A stretch of 64,000 nucleotides of DNA from the human T2T-CHM13v2.0 reference genome, Homo sapiens. Under the pieces are notes generated by a model. The model saw nothing but the letters and a program-made list of their open reading frames with translations. It had not been told where the DNA came from and searched no databases. Position numbers and translations under genes: made by a program. Shown piece by piece: positions 1 to 14,420 of this stretch. Where the stretch lies: assembly GCF_009914755.1 (NCBI RefSeq), contig NC_060925.1; one strand, given 5' to 3'. The number at the start of each line of letters is the position of its first letter. The first letter of the stretch is position 1.

Positions 1-150
1 AATAGTTGTATGTATCTAAGATAAGACATATAGATGCTTAAGACATTTTGTTTCACTTGCTATTCACTAGTGTACTTGAAACATGGTCATTTTTAGCCCT
101 TTTCCTTAGGAACCATGTCTTTATTTTCTCAATAAAGAAATTACTTTCAA
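1..150 (+). other. FMO5: End of 3'UTR of upstream gene (FMO5 by synteny), poly(A) signal AATAAA at 131-136
   Basis: AATAAA 131-136 in AT-rich unique sequence. Gene identity is inferred from the known FMO5-PDIA3P1-PRKAB2 order; no canonical FMO5 CDS lies in the window. Confidence 0.6.
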
Positions 151-1439
151 CTTTCTAGGCTCACAGTCATTCAGATCATCTACCATCTGCCAATGAGATC
201 AACTTGGTTGAGAATTTTGGGATTTTAAATTAGCTGTCCTACCTTTTTAAATCTCTTTTAAATCCTTCCCATATTAGGATCCAACAAAACTTTATCTTAG
301 GAAATATGATAAGTAGCTTCCAATTGTTGTAGTGTGGTCTACAAATGTGATTTGATTCATCTTCCCCCACTCTAATTTTCTCCCCTTTTCTCCTCCCTTA
401 CATGGAGTCTAAGTAAGTATTTGAACAAGTCATTTATGTATTAAATTAGAACTGATATTAACTAAATGTAGGAACATTCTGCTTATACCAGTTTTTCTCA
501 TGTCGTAAAGTGTAGTTCTGAAAAACAGAGCAAATGAAATGCAAAGCAGGTACTTGGGTTTACATCCCAGTGCCACTGATGATTCTGTTTTCTCATCTGT
601 GGAAGTTTCACTGTTCTTGTTTCATGGAGAAATTAACTAAGTGTCAGCTGTCAGGCACACTGAACTCAGGTGATGTTCATTAATAGCTGTTGTACAATAT
701 GTTTGTATTTGGATTGCTGCTTATTACTTAACAACAGGATAAACCTGAACAATGGAAAAGACCAACATTAGAGAGTATTATCTTTCCAAATACACACACC
801 TGTAAGAGAACTGGAAATGTGAGAACTACAACTTCTTCTTATTTAAACATTTGAACAATTGCCGGCCCTTTCACCGAATTTACCTGTGGAATGCCTTTTG
901 AGAGTTAGAGAACTGAGAACTGGTATTACTTTTCAGGTCTTTTGCTTTCCCTAATCCTTGTGATACTGGAGATTTATCATCTATTAAAATGGACCTAGTA
1001 TTTTTAAATCTGCATATCAAAAGCAAATTGAATGTCTCTTGCTTCCTTTTAATTTCTTTTAACATATAAATTTCTCTTTTAGCATGTAAATTTGTTGAAT
1101 TAACAGCCCTTTGATAATATAATTCCTAGTTATCAGCAATAAGTACACCAGTTTCTTTTTTAAATTAGGAGTATGTAATTCTAAATTAATTGATTCTCTC
1201 ATTGTACATATTATATGCAAGGTTACAAAAAAAATCAATGGTTAATGATTTTTTAGCTCAACCAAGCTAAAAGATGTGAACAAGAAATTGAACTCAAAAC
1301 AACTTAAGATACAAAGCTCTTGTTACTGATAATGTCTAATAATATTCATCAATTTACCATATCTTGCTCTTATATTAAAATGTTCTATCATTTTCCTAAT
1401 TATTTTAAAGTCGATTACAAAAATATATATATATTCTTG

Positions 1440-2180
1440 TAGTGCCAGAAAATTGAATACATTAATAAATGGGGTAGAATAGATGAATCTCCCATGAAGA
1501 AGAATTCCAAATAATTTATGAACTCTGCCCTCAAGGATATGGAGCAGAACTTCCTACTTCTCTAGTGTGAGCTGAATAGTGACTTCCTTCCAAAAATTAC
1601 ATATGGAAAGGGGGAAAATAACTTTGTAGTGGAGAAATCTGATAAACACTATCTCGGCTAGGTTATCAAGATTAACACTAACAGTAATAAGTCACACTGA
1701 TAGTATGTACCTTTGAGATGAAGTGATGAGAAGGCCACTTTACCTCTCTGTTGTATTCCTCTCAAAAACCATAATGCAGTCTAACCATGAGAAAAACATC
1801 AGACAAACCCAAGTTGAAGAATATTCTACAAATACCTGACTACCTCAAAACTGTCAAGATCATCAACAAAGAAAGTCTGAGAAATTGTCCCGGAATAAAG
1901 GGGCCTAAGGAGACATAACATCTAAATGTAATGTAGTATCCTGGATGGACTCCTGCAACAGAAAAAGAACTTTAAGTAAAAATTAAGGGAATATTAATAA
2001 AGTATGCATTTTGGTTAATAATGTATCAATATTGGTTTATTAGTTGTGACAAATGTACCAGAGGAATGTAAAATGTCAACAATAAAGGAAATTGGATGTG
2101 GGGTACATGAGAATGCTGTACTATTTTTGCAACTTTTCTTAAATCTAAAACTCTTATAAAATTTAAAAATAAAAAGAAAT
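1440..2180 (+). mobile_element. L1MC (L1MC3/4-like) 3' end fragment
   Basis: Matches the L1MC 3'UTR consensus (catgagaaaaacatcagacaaaccc...gcctaaggagacat...tatcctggatgg...aatgtatcaatattgg) and ends A-rich at ~2165-2180. Confidence 0.75.
1780..1918 (+). CDS. FMO5: Candidate alternative terminal coding exon of FMO5, exonised from L1MC (xLTMRKTSDKPKLKNILQIPDYLKTVKIINKESLRNCPGIKGPKET*)
   Basis: CAG acceptor 1777-1779; 1 nt then 45 open codons to TAA 1916-1918; AATAAA at 1996-2001 and 2168-2173. Agrees with my recollection of a shorter FMO5 isoform C-terminus. Confidence 0.55.
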
Positions 2181-3189
2181 GTGGAGTTATTATTATTATT
2201 TTTTGGCTCAGGATTTGACCCAGAGCTATGGTCTGGCAGAATTTTCTCAGAGGAGGAATACTGGCTAGTACAAGTCATTCAAATTACTGTGTTTTTCTAT
2301 GATTTCTCCACAAATTAAGTTGCTTTAATAATGCATAATGTAACTTAATTCAGCAGTTTTGCTTCCTTTGCTGAGTAAGTATAGACTATAATTATAGAGA
2401 ATGTAAAATGGTGATATAAAGTCAAAATACACAACTTCTTAAAATCACTTAGATATGTTCTTTATTGAAGCTGTGCACATTAACCCAGCAGACCCCACTA
2501 GCAAATTTATGATATGTTGATGTCATGTACATTCATAAATAAGATTATTTTACTTAATACTGGGCCTGTTACTTTTGTTAGGAGTAATACAGCATTTAAA
2601 CAACCTCCAGATTGCCTAATGGAATTTCTAAGAGTGCCAAGTTTTTCCATGCTTTTATACACATTCTTGTGCTGTACTTTCCTCTTGATAAATTCTCCAC
2701 TGGCCCAGCTGGCTAACACCTATACCATCGTCCAGATTCAGGTCATCTGTTTTCTCTTCAGGGAATATCTTCCTGACCCTCAGTATCAAATAGGTCACCT
2801 TCCTCTGTGCTCTCATTACAACTAGTGTTCTTCTCAATTACATTTTATGAATAGCCTTATCATAATATATAACAATATTTGGTTCTCTCACCTGTTTCCT
2901 CCTTGAACTAGTAAACTCCTCGAAGGAATACATTTTGTACTTAATCTGTGTGTTCCTAGTGCTTAATGTAGTGGCTGAAACATAGTAAGACCTCAGTAAG
3001 TTAAGAATTAATTAATTAAATGAATACATTCAATATGGGAGGTAAATAGATGACTTTTAAAGGATTAAATCAAACAGTGAATAATTCTTTTAGAAAAAGT
3101 GACAAAGGAGATTAAAGGGTGATTAACATTTTGAAATGTCTGCAGGACAAGCATGTTCTTCCAAAAACTGTTCTGAGTCATTGGTCTGA

Positions 3190-3493
<304 letters not shown>

Positions 3494-3850
3494 GGTATGT
3501 TATCTTTAATGTTTAGTTGTGGTTTAAAACACAAGTGATATGTCCTCGTCTATAATTCATTTCCTCAATCAAACATAAGACATAACAAGCCAAGATCTTG
3601 GTACAAGAAAGAAGGTAGGGTATATATATGTCATCCTTGACCCTCATTTCACTGCTGTTCTGCCTTGCTTTCCCAAATTCCCCAGCTCCTTTGACGCACC
3701 CATAACTTCTGATTGAAATTATTAGCAGAATTGTTGACTCCCCTTCATTCAGTAAAGATTTTAGCACCAAGCTCTCTGCCTCGCTATAATATAAAACTAC
3801 TCCTGTAGTTGGTTTTAACACTGATGTAGGTAATACTTTCACCAATCCAA

Positions 3851-4325
3851 TGTCTTAGTCAGGATTAGCTTCAGCTACATTTAACAGAAAAACCTCAAAT
3901 AACAATGACTTAAATAAGATTTAAGTTTATTTTCCTCTTATATTAAAAAAGTCTGGAAGTAGATAGTCCTGAGATGATATAACAGTTCTTCAGCTTCTCT
4001 TTTTGCTCCACTATCTTCAGCATGTGGACCTTATACTTCATGGTCCAAGATGGCCCACTGTAGCTATAGCCATTATATGGACATTCTACACAGAAGGAAG
4101 GAGAAATGTAACAATGGCACACCCCTTTTCTTTTAAGGAGACTTTACAAAAGTTCCACATAACATTTTCACTTAGTCTTATTGGAAGAACTTAGTTACTT
4201 ATCTAGCTACTAGGGAGACTACAAAATGTGTCTTTATACAGAGAGGCAATACCTCAGGAAAAAAATCAAGGTTCTGTTATTAAGAAGGAAGAGAGAATGA
4301 ATGTTGAGGTAGATCTCTAACACTC
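3851..4325 (-). mobile_element. Old MaLR LTR (MLT1-type)
   Basis: tgtcttagtcaggattagcttcagct...aacagaaaaacctcaaataacaatgacttaaataagat resembles an MLT1 terminus. Confidence 0.5.
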
Positions 4326-4329
4326 TGCT

Positions 4330-4985
4330 ATCTGGCCTTTTAGTTATGTGATCTTCTTACTCCAGTGATTTTATAATCTGCCTCATCTCAACTACCTATA
4401 CCCACATGGACATATCTAAGACATTGTCATGAATAACCGCAACACCACTAAAGTCTCAATTTCAAGCATCCCACTCTCTAAAACTCTCTCCTACCTTTTC
4501 AGTTCATTCACTCTGGTACTCCAACTCCAGCAGTTCTTTGACTCCACTGGGCTGCCCATCAACCTGCTGTCTTCATTTCCCAGCCCACCTCATTTAAAAT
4601 GCATGGCCCAACATTATAATCACACCCTACCACGCACTCTCAATTACTTTGTTGCTCTCCTCCATACTTGCTTAGCTAAACTTCATTTTGGTTATCTGCC
4701 TGCATCAAAACAGCTAAACATGACAAGAGAAAAATACTAGTATGGTGACTTGCCTTTTCTGAAATTCATAACCACTGAACATAGGTAGACCTTCAGTGCT
4801 ACTGCCAATCATACTTCATTTTTCTAGACAATTCTCTGTCCCACCTTTCTAGTTGATTACTGCATATAACCTATCTCCGCAAACCTCAAATATGTTGTCT
4901 CCTTTCCTCACAGTCAGCTAATCATCTTCTCTTTTTTTCCTCTAAGAAAATGGAAACAATCAAAAGACTTTCACATATCTTCACT
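4330..4985. mobile_element. L2 LINE fragment
   Basis: Degenerate pyrimidine-rich L2-like sequence (tcaatttcaagcatcccactctc, acattataatcacaccct). Confidence 0.45.
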
Positions 4986-4987
4986 CT

Positions 4988-5216
4988 GTGATGAGGTTTT
5001 TAGTTGGGGCTAGTCACATAGGCACCCTCTGCTTAGCACATATCAGAATTCCAGACTCCCAGAAGAAAAGCAAGTGTTCAGCATAAATCACATTGTTTGT
5101 ACAAACAGTTTTAAAAAAGTGAGCCACTCTTATCAGTTAAGGTGGTAAGAAACCTCCCAAAATCCAAGTTCCCAAATCCCACCCATGGGCCAAACTTGCA
5201 AGCTAAAGCAGTCACA
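4988..5216. mobile_element. MER21-family LTR fragment
   Basis: aattccagactcccagaag...gtgttcagcataaatcacattgtttgtacaaacag...gtgagccactcttatcagtt matches MER21. Confidence 0.65.
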
Positions 5217-5439
5217 AGCATGGAGTTGTGCTCTAATTCCTTGAGGGGGCAATAGCTACATAAATTATTTGGAATTCTGTATGAGAGACTTGTTCCCACA
5301 CATCCTAGTTGATTTTAATTGTTTATTTTTTAGGTATGGCGAAGCATTATTATGGTTCTAAGAGTCAGCAAACTCCTTTCTGCACAATGCCGTTTACTGG
5401 GGATCTTGAATACTCGTCTCTAGACCCTTGTCTAGGCCG

Positions 5440-5600
5440 CGTTTCTCAAAATGTGGCCCTTGAGGCAGAAACATCAGCCTTGTACTTGACACAAGTCCTC
5501 AGGCCCCACTCCAGACTTACAGAATCAGACACTCTGGGTACACAGACCAGCAATCTGCATATTTGACCCTCTAGATAATTTTGATGTATGGTAAAGTTTG
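5440..5600. mobile_element. MER5A-like hAT-Charlie DNA transposon
   Basis: gtttctcaaaatgtgg...ctcaggccccactccagacttacagaatcagacactctggg...aatctgcat. Confidence 0.6.
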
Positions 5601-5819
5601 ATTTAGTCAAAAGGAGAGGTGGACCTGTATCTGTTCTGTCAGGCCGCTCACTGATCCTTAGGCCTTTATTGTACTCTATTATCTGCTAGTACCAATAGCT
5701 TCTGACTTGTGAAAATTGGGTGGGTAGGGGTGAGAAATGGCATGGAGCTGGGGTGTGTTCAAACTGGCATCTTCCTTTCTCTGAGAATTTTAAATAAACT
5801 TATTTTAAGGCTCTTTTCA

Positions 5820-6156
<337 letters not shown>

Positions 6157-6444
6157 CTATTTCCCTGGGTGCAAATTCTCTCATTTGAAGAATCTTCTGA
6201 CTATACAACATGACACTGGACTTCCTCATGTACTTTATTATTTTTATTACTTTAGTTATTTTTAAGACTATTTATTTAGAAATGATTGCAGTCCTCCACA
6301 AAAGTTACAAAAATAGTAGAGTTCTTATATATTCTTTCCCAGGCTCCCTAAAGAGAATATTTCACACAACATTATGACAATTATCAAAATAAGAAAATGA
6401 ACACTGATATTATACGATTAAGTAAACCATGGACCGCATTCCTA

Positions 6445-8370
<1,926 letters not shown>

Positions 8371-8377
8371 CTATTTT

Positions 8378-9520
8378 ACCACTTTTCTACTAATTTAGTT
8401 TTTGTGTTCCAGGATCAGATTCAGGGTCCCATTTTGCATTTAGTTGTTAAGTCTCCTTAGTGTCCTCTAATCGTTGTCAGTTCTTCAGTCTTTTGTTGTC
8501 ATTCAGGACTTAGGCACTTAAAAAAAAAGAAGTTTCATACTCAAGTTTGATTTAGTTTAACCTAATGTTCTTTTTCTGTCCTGGGATCCCATCCAGGATA
8601 TCACATTACATTTAGTCATCACCAGGCTCTTCTAGACTGTGACAGTTTCTTATACTTTCCTTGTTTTTGGTGGCCTTGATAGTTCTGAAGAGTACTGGTT
8701 ATTTTGTACTTAATTTGAGATTGTCTGATATTTCTTCATGATTAGGCTGGGGCAATGAGTTTCGGGGAGGAAACAGATCAAAGATCAAATGCTATTCTCA
8801 TCATATCATATCAAGGTTACATGCCACTAATGACATACTAGAGATGTTAGCCTTGATCAGCTGGTTGAGGTAGTGTTCTTCCTCCTTTCCATACTGCGCT
8901 CTTGGAAAAACATTTACTAGGCTCGACTCATGCTTATGGGGTGGAGAATTATGTTCCATCTTCTCGAGGGTAGAGTACATAAATTTTTTGGAATTTTTCA
9001 ATATGAGAATTATCTCCCAATTATTTGTTTCTTCAATCATTTACTTGTATCAGTATGAACTCATGGATCTTATTTTATAATTTGGGTTAAATCCAATGGT
9101 GAATTACTTATTTTTTGAATTATTCTAGCTTTAGCTATTGGGAGCTCTTTTAGTTGGCTCCTATGTCACTTTGATATACCATCAGTTTTTTGTGTCTTTT
9201 TAAAGCACTTGTTTATTTTCTGGCACTATAAGATGTTTCAGACTCATCTTGTATATCCCCTGCCCCAGTCCTAGAATTAGGCATTTTTCTCAAGGGCTCT
9301 GGTTCCCTTTGTTGGAGAACAGTATTAGAAACAAAAAACTGGATGCTGGGTGTGCTCCTTGCTTCTGCTTGTCATTGCTTCTAGGCCTTCGGAGGACAGA
9401 ACTTGGAAATATATGTGTGTATACTAATGTATTAAACATGAATCCACATGCATTTTTAAGTATTTCTATATTTACCCATCTGTATCTATATTAAGCTAAA
9501 CATTTCATATTGATGCCTCC
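8378..9520 (-). mobile_element. L1MC fragments (host element interrupted by PDIA3P1; other part at ~6260-6440)
   Basis: Joining 6440 to 8378 restores the L1MC consensus; 8530-9040 is the reverse-complement homologue of 1440-2000. Confidence 0.7.
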
Positions 9521-10299
9521 TACCGTAACCCAGGATTTAATGATCACATGCCTACTCCTCTCATTTTACAGATGAGAAAATTTATGGCTAAAAAGATAAA
9601 AGTACTTGCCCTACATCAAGTAATTTTAGAGTTGGCAGCCTATTTGTACCAAATTAATACTCACATGGTGATGATATATACATAGTAGATTCATAGTTAA
9701 TGAAGATGTTGAGATACTAATTATTCCAGTAATGTATATCTATAATTTTAGAGGAAATTTGCAATGAATATTTAGTCACAGTATCACTATACACCATATC
9801 TATTTAGAGTTGTAGTAGTTTCCTTAGAGATTTCCAGAGCATGTGCTCCTCTAGAGCAGGGGTGGCTCAGCAAAAGCTCAACAAGTATTGGGGCCCTCAA
9901 TCAAGGTTTGTTGAAATAAATGGACTATACTTATCAAGAAATACTGGCTAAATATTTAACCTGCACCTCATTTATAAAATGGAATATCATGGATCATCTG
10001 TTCTGCTTACCCTCATAGGGTGGTTCTGAGGATCACATGATAGAATTTACATGCAAATCCTTTGGAATCTGAAAGGAAAAATTATGATACTATTTGGGGA
10101 AAATTCTGTACCTTTGAATTGGGTCTATCTTCCTTTAGGTGAGCAGAATCACTATTATTTCTCTGCCTGTATAAAAACTATAAAAAGATTAAAATCAATG
10201 GTATTTGTTTAAAAATAATTAGTTTACCCAATGGTTGAGTAGTCTCTTGTGTATAAACTCATATATTTTGCTAATGCTGATTTTATTAATAGTTTTTAA

Positions 10300-11235
10300 T
10301 TTAGGCATAATTTTCATACAATAAAAATTTACTTTTTATTGTACAGTTTGGTAAGTATCAATAACTCCACTGCAGTCAAGATACAGACCTGTTCCATACC
10401 TCCCCTTCAAAATTTCTTCATGCCCTTTTGTAGTCAATCACTCCCCACCCCCCACCCCCAAGTCCTGGCAAACACTGATCTGTTTTCTGACCGTATAGTC
10501 TTCCTTTTTCCAGAATGTCACATAAGTGGAGCCTGGCTTCTTTTACTTCCCATAATGCATTTGAGATTCATCAATATTATTGTATGTATCGAGTTATTCT
10601 TTTATTACTGAGTAGTATTCCATTTATAGCTATGCTACATTTTAATTATTGATTCACCAGATGTATTAGCCTATTTTCACACTGCTATAAAGACATACCT
10701 GAGACTAGGTAATTTATAAAGAAAAGAGGTTTAATTTACTTATAGTTCTGCATGGCTGGGGAGGACTTCAGAAACTTACAGTTATGGTAGAAGGGAAGCA
10801 AGCTCATCTTATGTGGCACAGGGGAGAGACAGTGAGTGTGTGTGAATGAAGGAAGAACTGCCAAACACTTTTAAAACCATCATCTCTGGTGAGAATTCAT
10901 GCACTATCACAAGAACAGCATGGGGGAAACCGCCCCCATCATCCAATCACTTCCCTCCCTTGACACGTGAAGGTTATAGGTCCTTCCTTCAACACGTGGG
11001 TATTACAATTTGAGATGAGATTTGGGTGGGGACACAGAACCAAACCATATCACCAGGTGAAGGACATTATGTTTTTTCCATTTTAGGGTTTGTGTTTTTT
11101 CTATTATATGAATAAAGACATATATGTGTTTACAGGTTTTGTGTGAACTTGTTTTTATGTCACTCGGATAAATACCCAGGAGTGGGAATTAGTATGCTGC
11201 ATGATTAAGTAAATGTTTAACTTTATAAAAAAGAT
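10300..11235 (-). mobile_element. Old L1M 3' fragment interrupted by a THE1/MST LTR
   Basis: L1M 3'UTR motifs (caacactgatctgttttct, cttttattactgagtagtattccatt, ggataaatacccaggagtggg). Confidence 0.7.
10662..11052 (-). mobile_element. Solo MaLR LTR (THE1D/MSTA-like)
   Basis: TG...CA termini; - strand begins tgatatggtttggttctgtgtccccacccaaatctcatc; 5-bp TSD ccaga/ccagg. Confidence 0.88.
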
Positions 11236-13054
11236 CAGATTGTTTTTTGAAACAGTAACCATCAAGATCAGATGTTATACCTATCCTTGGTCATAAATGG
11301 AGGATGAAACTTGGTGAGTGGAGATGGGAATATAAACCTCCAGATGCCCAATTTAACCTGTCATCCAGTTCTGTAAAATCAATCCTTCATTCTCACATCC
11401 TCACTTCTCAGAGGAAGCGAGGTCTCTTTAGCAGTGTGTGTAAAGGCTTGCATGTGAGGCTGCCCATGTTATTTTTCTGTTTATTAGGCAGAATGATTGA
11501 TCTGAGGAGACCAGTGGCAATGACATCCTAGACACAGTAACATCAGGACAACCCATTACTTTTCCTATTACCTCCTTCTTTTCCTTTCCTCTAGAAAGAA
11601 AGAAGAGCATTGGGGTGACAGCAATAAATCTAAAGGGAACAATTATACTGATACTGGTTAAGAGGATCTTGTATCTTTACTTATTCCCGAATCTAAGAAA
11701 AAAAAAAGGAATTTGGGACTAAGGAGAATTCATTCTTCCTACAGTGTCACATTACATTTGTTCTGTGTCTAAAACCTGCAATATTCAAAACTGACTTTTA
11801 TTATTAACTGTTGAGTGACTTACAAATGTTGTTAGAGCAGAGCAGGGCAGAACAGTGTCATGGATAATCTTCCAAAGCAGATAATTCAAAAGTCATTTCC
11901 ATTTAGCTGTGCAAAAACAGTTTATTTCTCTCCGTCAGTTTTCCATTGGTTAACGTACTTTGTTTCTGCTAGGCTGATTTGACTACTGCAAGGAAATACA
12001 TACCAAGGACATATTATTTGGCATGGTGAAACCACCTTGGGGTCAGAAAACTGAATACTACACAAGTCAAGGTTTAATGTATTATGTATCTTCAAGGGCC
12101 TTGCTTCAGTGTCCTATGGTAAGGAATTGAGGGGTGGAGGGAGAAAAGTAGGGATAACCAAAAAGCATGTACTCAGACATAAAGATTTTGGAGGGGTGAG
12201 CAAGAAGTTGCAGTAAAATCGTACCTTTTTTTTTTCTTCCTGTAAACTGTCTTTGGTTTATGAGCCAAAGAATGAGTTTATAAGAGGCAGAGCAAAGAAT
12301 AGGGGAGTAGTGAATTTGTTGTACTTAAGTGGGATGTCAACTTCATAATATAAAAATGAACGTTTCAGCAAATAGAGCTGCTCACTCAGAAAGGGTGGCC
12401 TATGTAACTTGGGGTTCCCCATCATTGGCCGTGTTTAAGCCTAAGTGGCATATCTGGTTAGAAATGGATTACAGTAAACAGTATTCCTGTATCCTTCATT
12501 CCGCAAATGCAAAAGCCTACTCTGTATAAGGTACATGCAGAATATGAAAAGGTATCAAATCTGGATCTGCTCTCTGCCAGCTGTCAAAGCATTGCTTCTC
12601 ACACACTTTAATGTGATCTTGTTAAAATGCAGATTCAGAACCCTGGGGATGGGGCCTGATTCTGCATTTCTAACAGGCTCCCAGTTGACGCCAACACTGC
12701 TGGTCTGTGTAACACAGAGTGATAAACGTTTCTAGAAGGAGACATGCAAATACTTATAATACAAAGGTAAGTACCTTAGGGATTCCACTAATTTTCATAA
12801 AAAACCTGGATCCCTCCCAACCCTAGGGCTGTCTTTGCCCTTTTTATACCTTTAGTGTTCCTTCTGATGTTTTCGTTGTTGCTATCTTCCTTGAATTTTA
12901 TTTCTTCTGAGGTTTCTCACTGTGTATGCTGTTTCTTAGCCTAGGAGAGCCTTTTCGTTCTTCTCCTAAGACTAACATTTTACTAATTTGTCAAGGAGCT
13001 AGAGCTCCTAAACACGCCATCTTGAATTCTTCCCTGCGACCCCAGTCGGGCTGA

Positions 13055-13386
<332 letters not shown>

Positions 13387-13829
13387 TCAGAACAGTTTTA
13401 ACCTCCAGCAATGACCACTGCTTCCTTCTGCCTGCAGTTGGAAGTCAGTTTCAGTTTTCTTATTCCCTATAAGGAACCCACCTCTCCGGTCGCCTAACAC
13501 ACAGATGCTGCCCAGAAAACGTGCTGGCGCACCTGAGGCGGGGTAGAAAGCCGTGCCGCTCCTCCCGGCACCGAGCACCGGAGCCCAGGGAGGCGGCCTC
13601 CGAGTGTCATTTGGGGACGTCCCTTCTGCCGGGTAGTCTCAGAGGCCAAGCGCTCCTATTATCCCGGGCGCAGTCTCCCCAGGCGGGACAGGCCCTGCCT
13701 GGCGCCCCCTCCTGGCGCTGGAGGCTGCGTGCGACTGCCCACCATCGAGGCGGCGGCGGCGGCGGCTAGAGAGGCCGGCGGGTCCCGGTCGCCGAGGCTG
13801 CAGGCCGCAGGGAACGCGCACTGGGCGGA

Positions 13830-13980
13830 CTCCGCGCCGCCGGCCTTGTAGCCATTTTAGGAGGAATCGCTGGTCGCCAGCGAGGGGTGCGGCTTCAATT
13901 TCAATAACTTTATTGGTGGCCTGATCTGCAGAACAGCCATCACATCAGTGGCCCTTGGAGGAGGGAGCGCATCGCCCGAG
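13830..13980 (+). other. PRKAB2: PRKAB2 exon 1 (non-coding 5'UTR; TSS approximate)
   Basis: Donor GAG|gtgact at 13980/13981; no ATG; joins exon 2 acceptor tag|GTGG at 14241/14242. Confidence 0.8.
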
Positions 13981-14264
13981 GTGACTGGAGTGGGGGCGCC
14001 CCTGGCAGTGAGCGCGGGGACGCGGGGGAGGTCCCGATAGCGGGTTTCCTGAGCTAGGGCCAGTGAGGGCACCGGGGTATTTGCAGGCGTTCCCGCAGGC
14101 CAGGAGGGAGAGGGCTCCAGGGCTCGGCTTCCCTGGGGCGGGGAATCCCTTGCCCTGTCCCGAGGCGCAGGGGCGGGGCCGGGGGGCGCCCCTGACGCGG
14201 CGGCTGAGGTGTTCCCAGCCCGGTGTCGTTCCCCGCGGTAGGTGGTCCCCGACGAGCTGCAGCC

Positions 14265-14420
14265 ATGGGAAACACCACCAGCGACCGGGTGTCCGGGGAG
14301 CGCCACGGCGCCAAGGCTGCACGCTCCGAGGGCGCAGGCGGCCATGCCCCGGGGAAGGAGCACAAGATCATGGTGGGGAGTACGGACGACCCCAGCGTGT
14401 TCAGCCTCCCTGACTCCAAG
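14265..14420 (+). CDS. PRKAB2: AMPK beta-2 exon 2 CDS (aa 1-52, MGNTTSDRV..., Gly2 myristoylation motif); exon starts 14242
   Basis: Kozak gccATGG; donor AAG|gtaagc; 156 nt. Confidence 0.98.
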
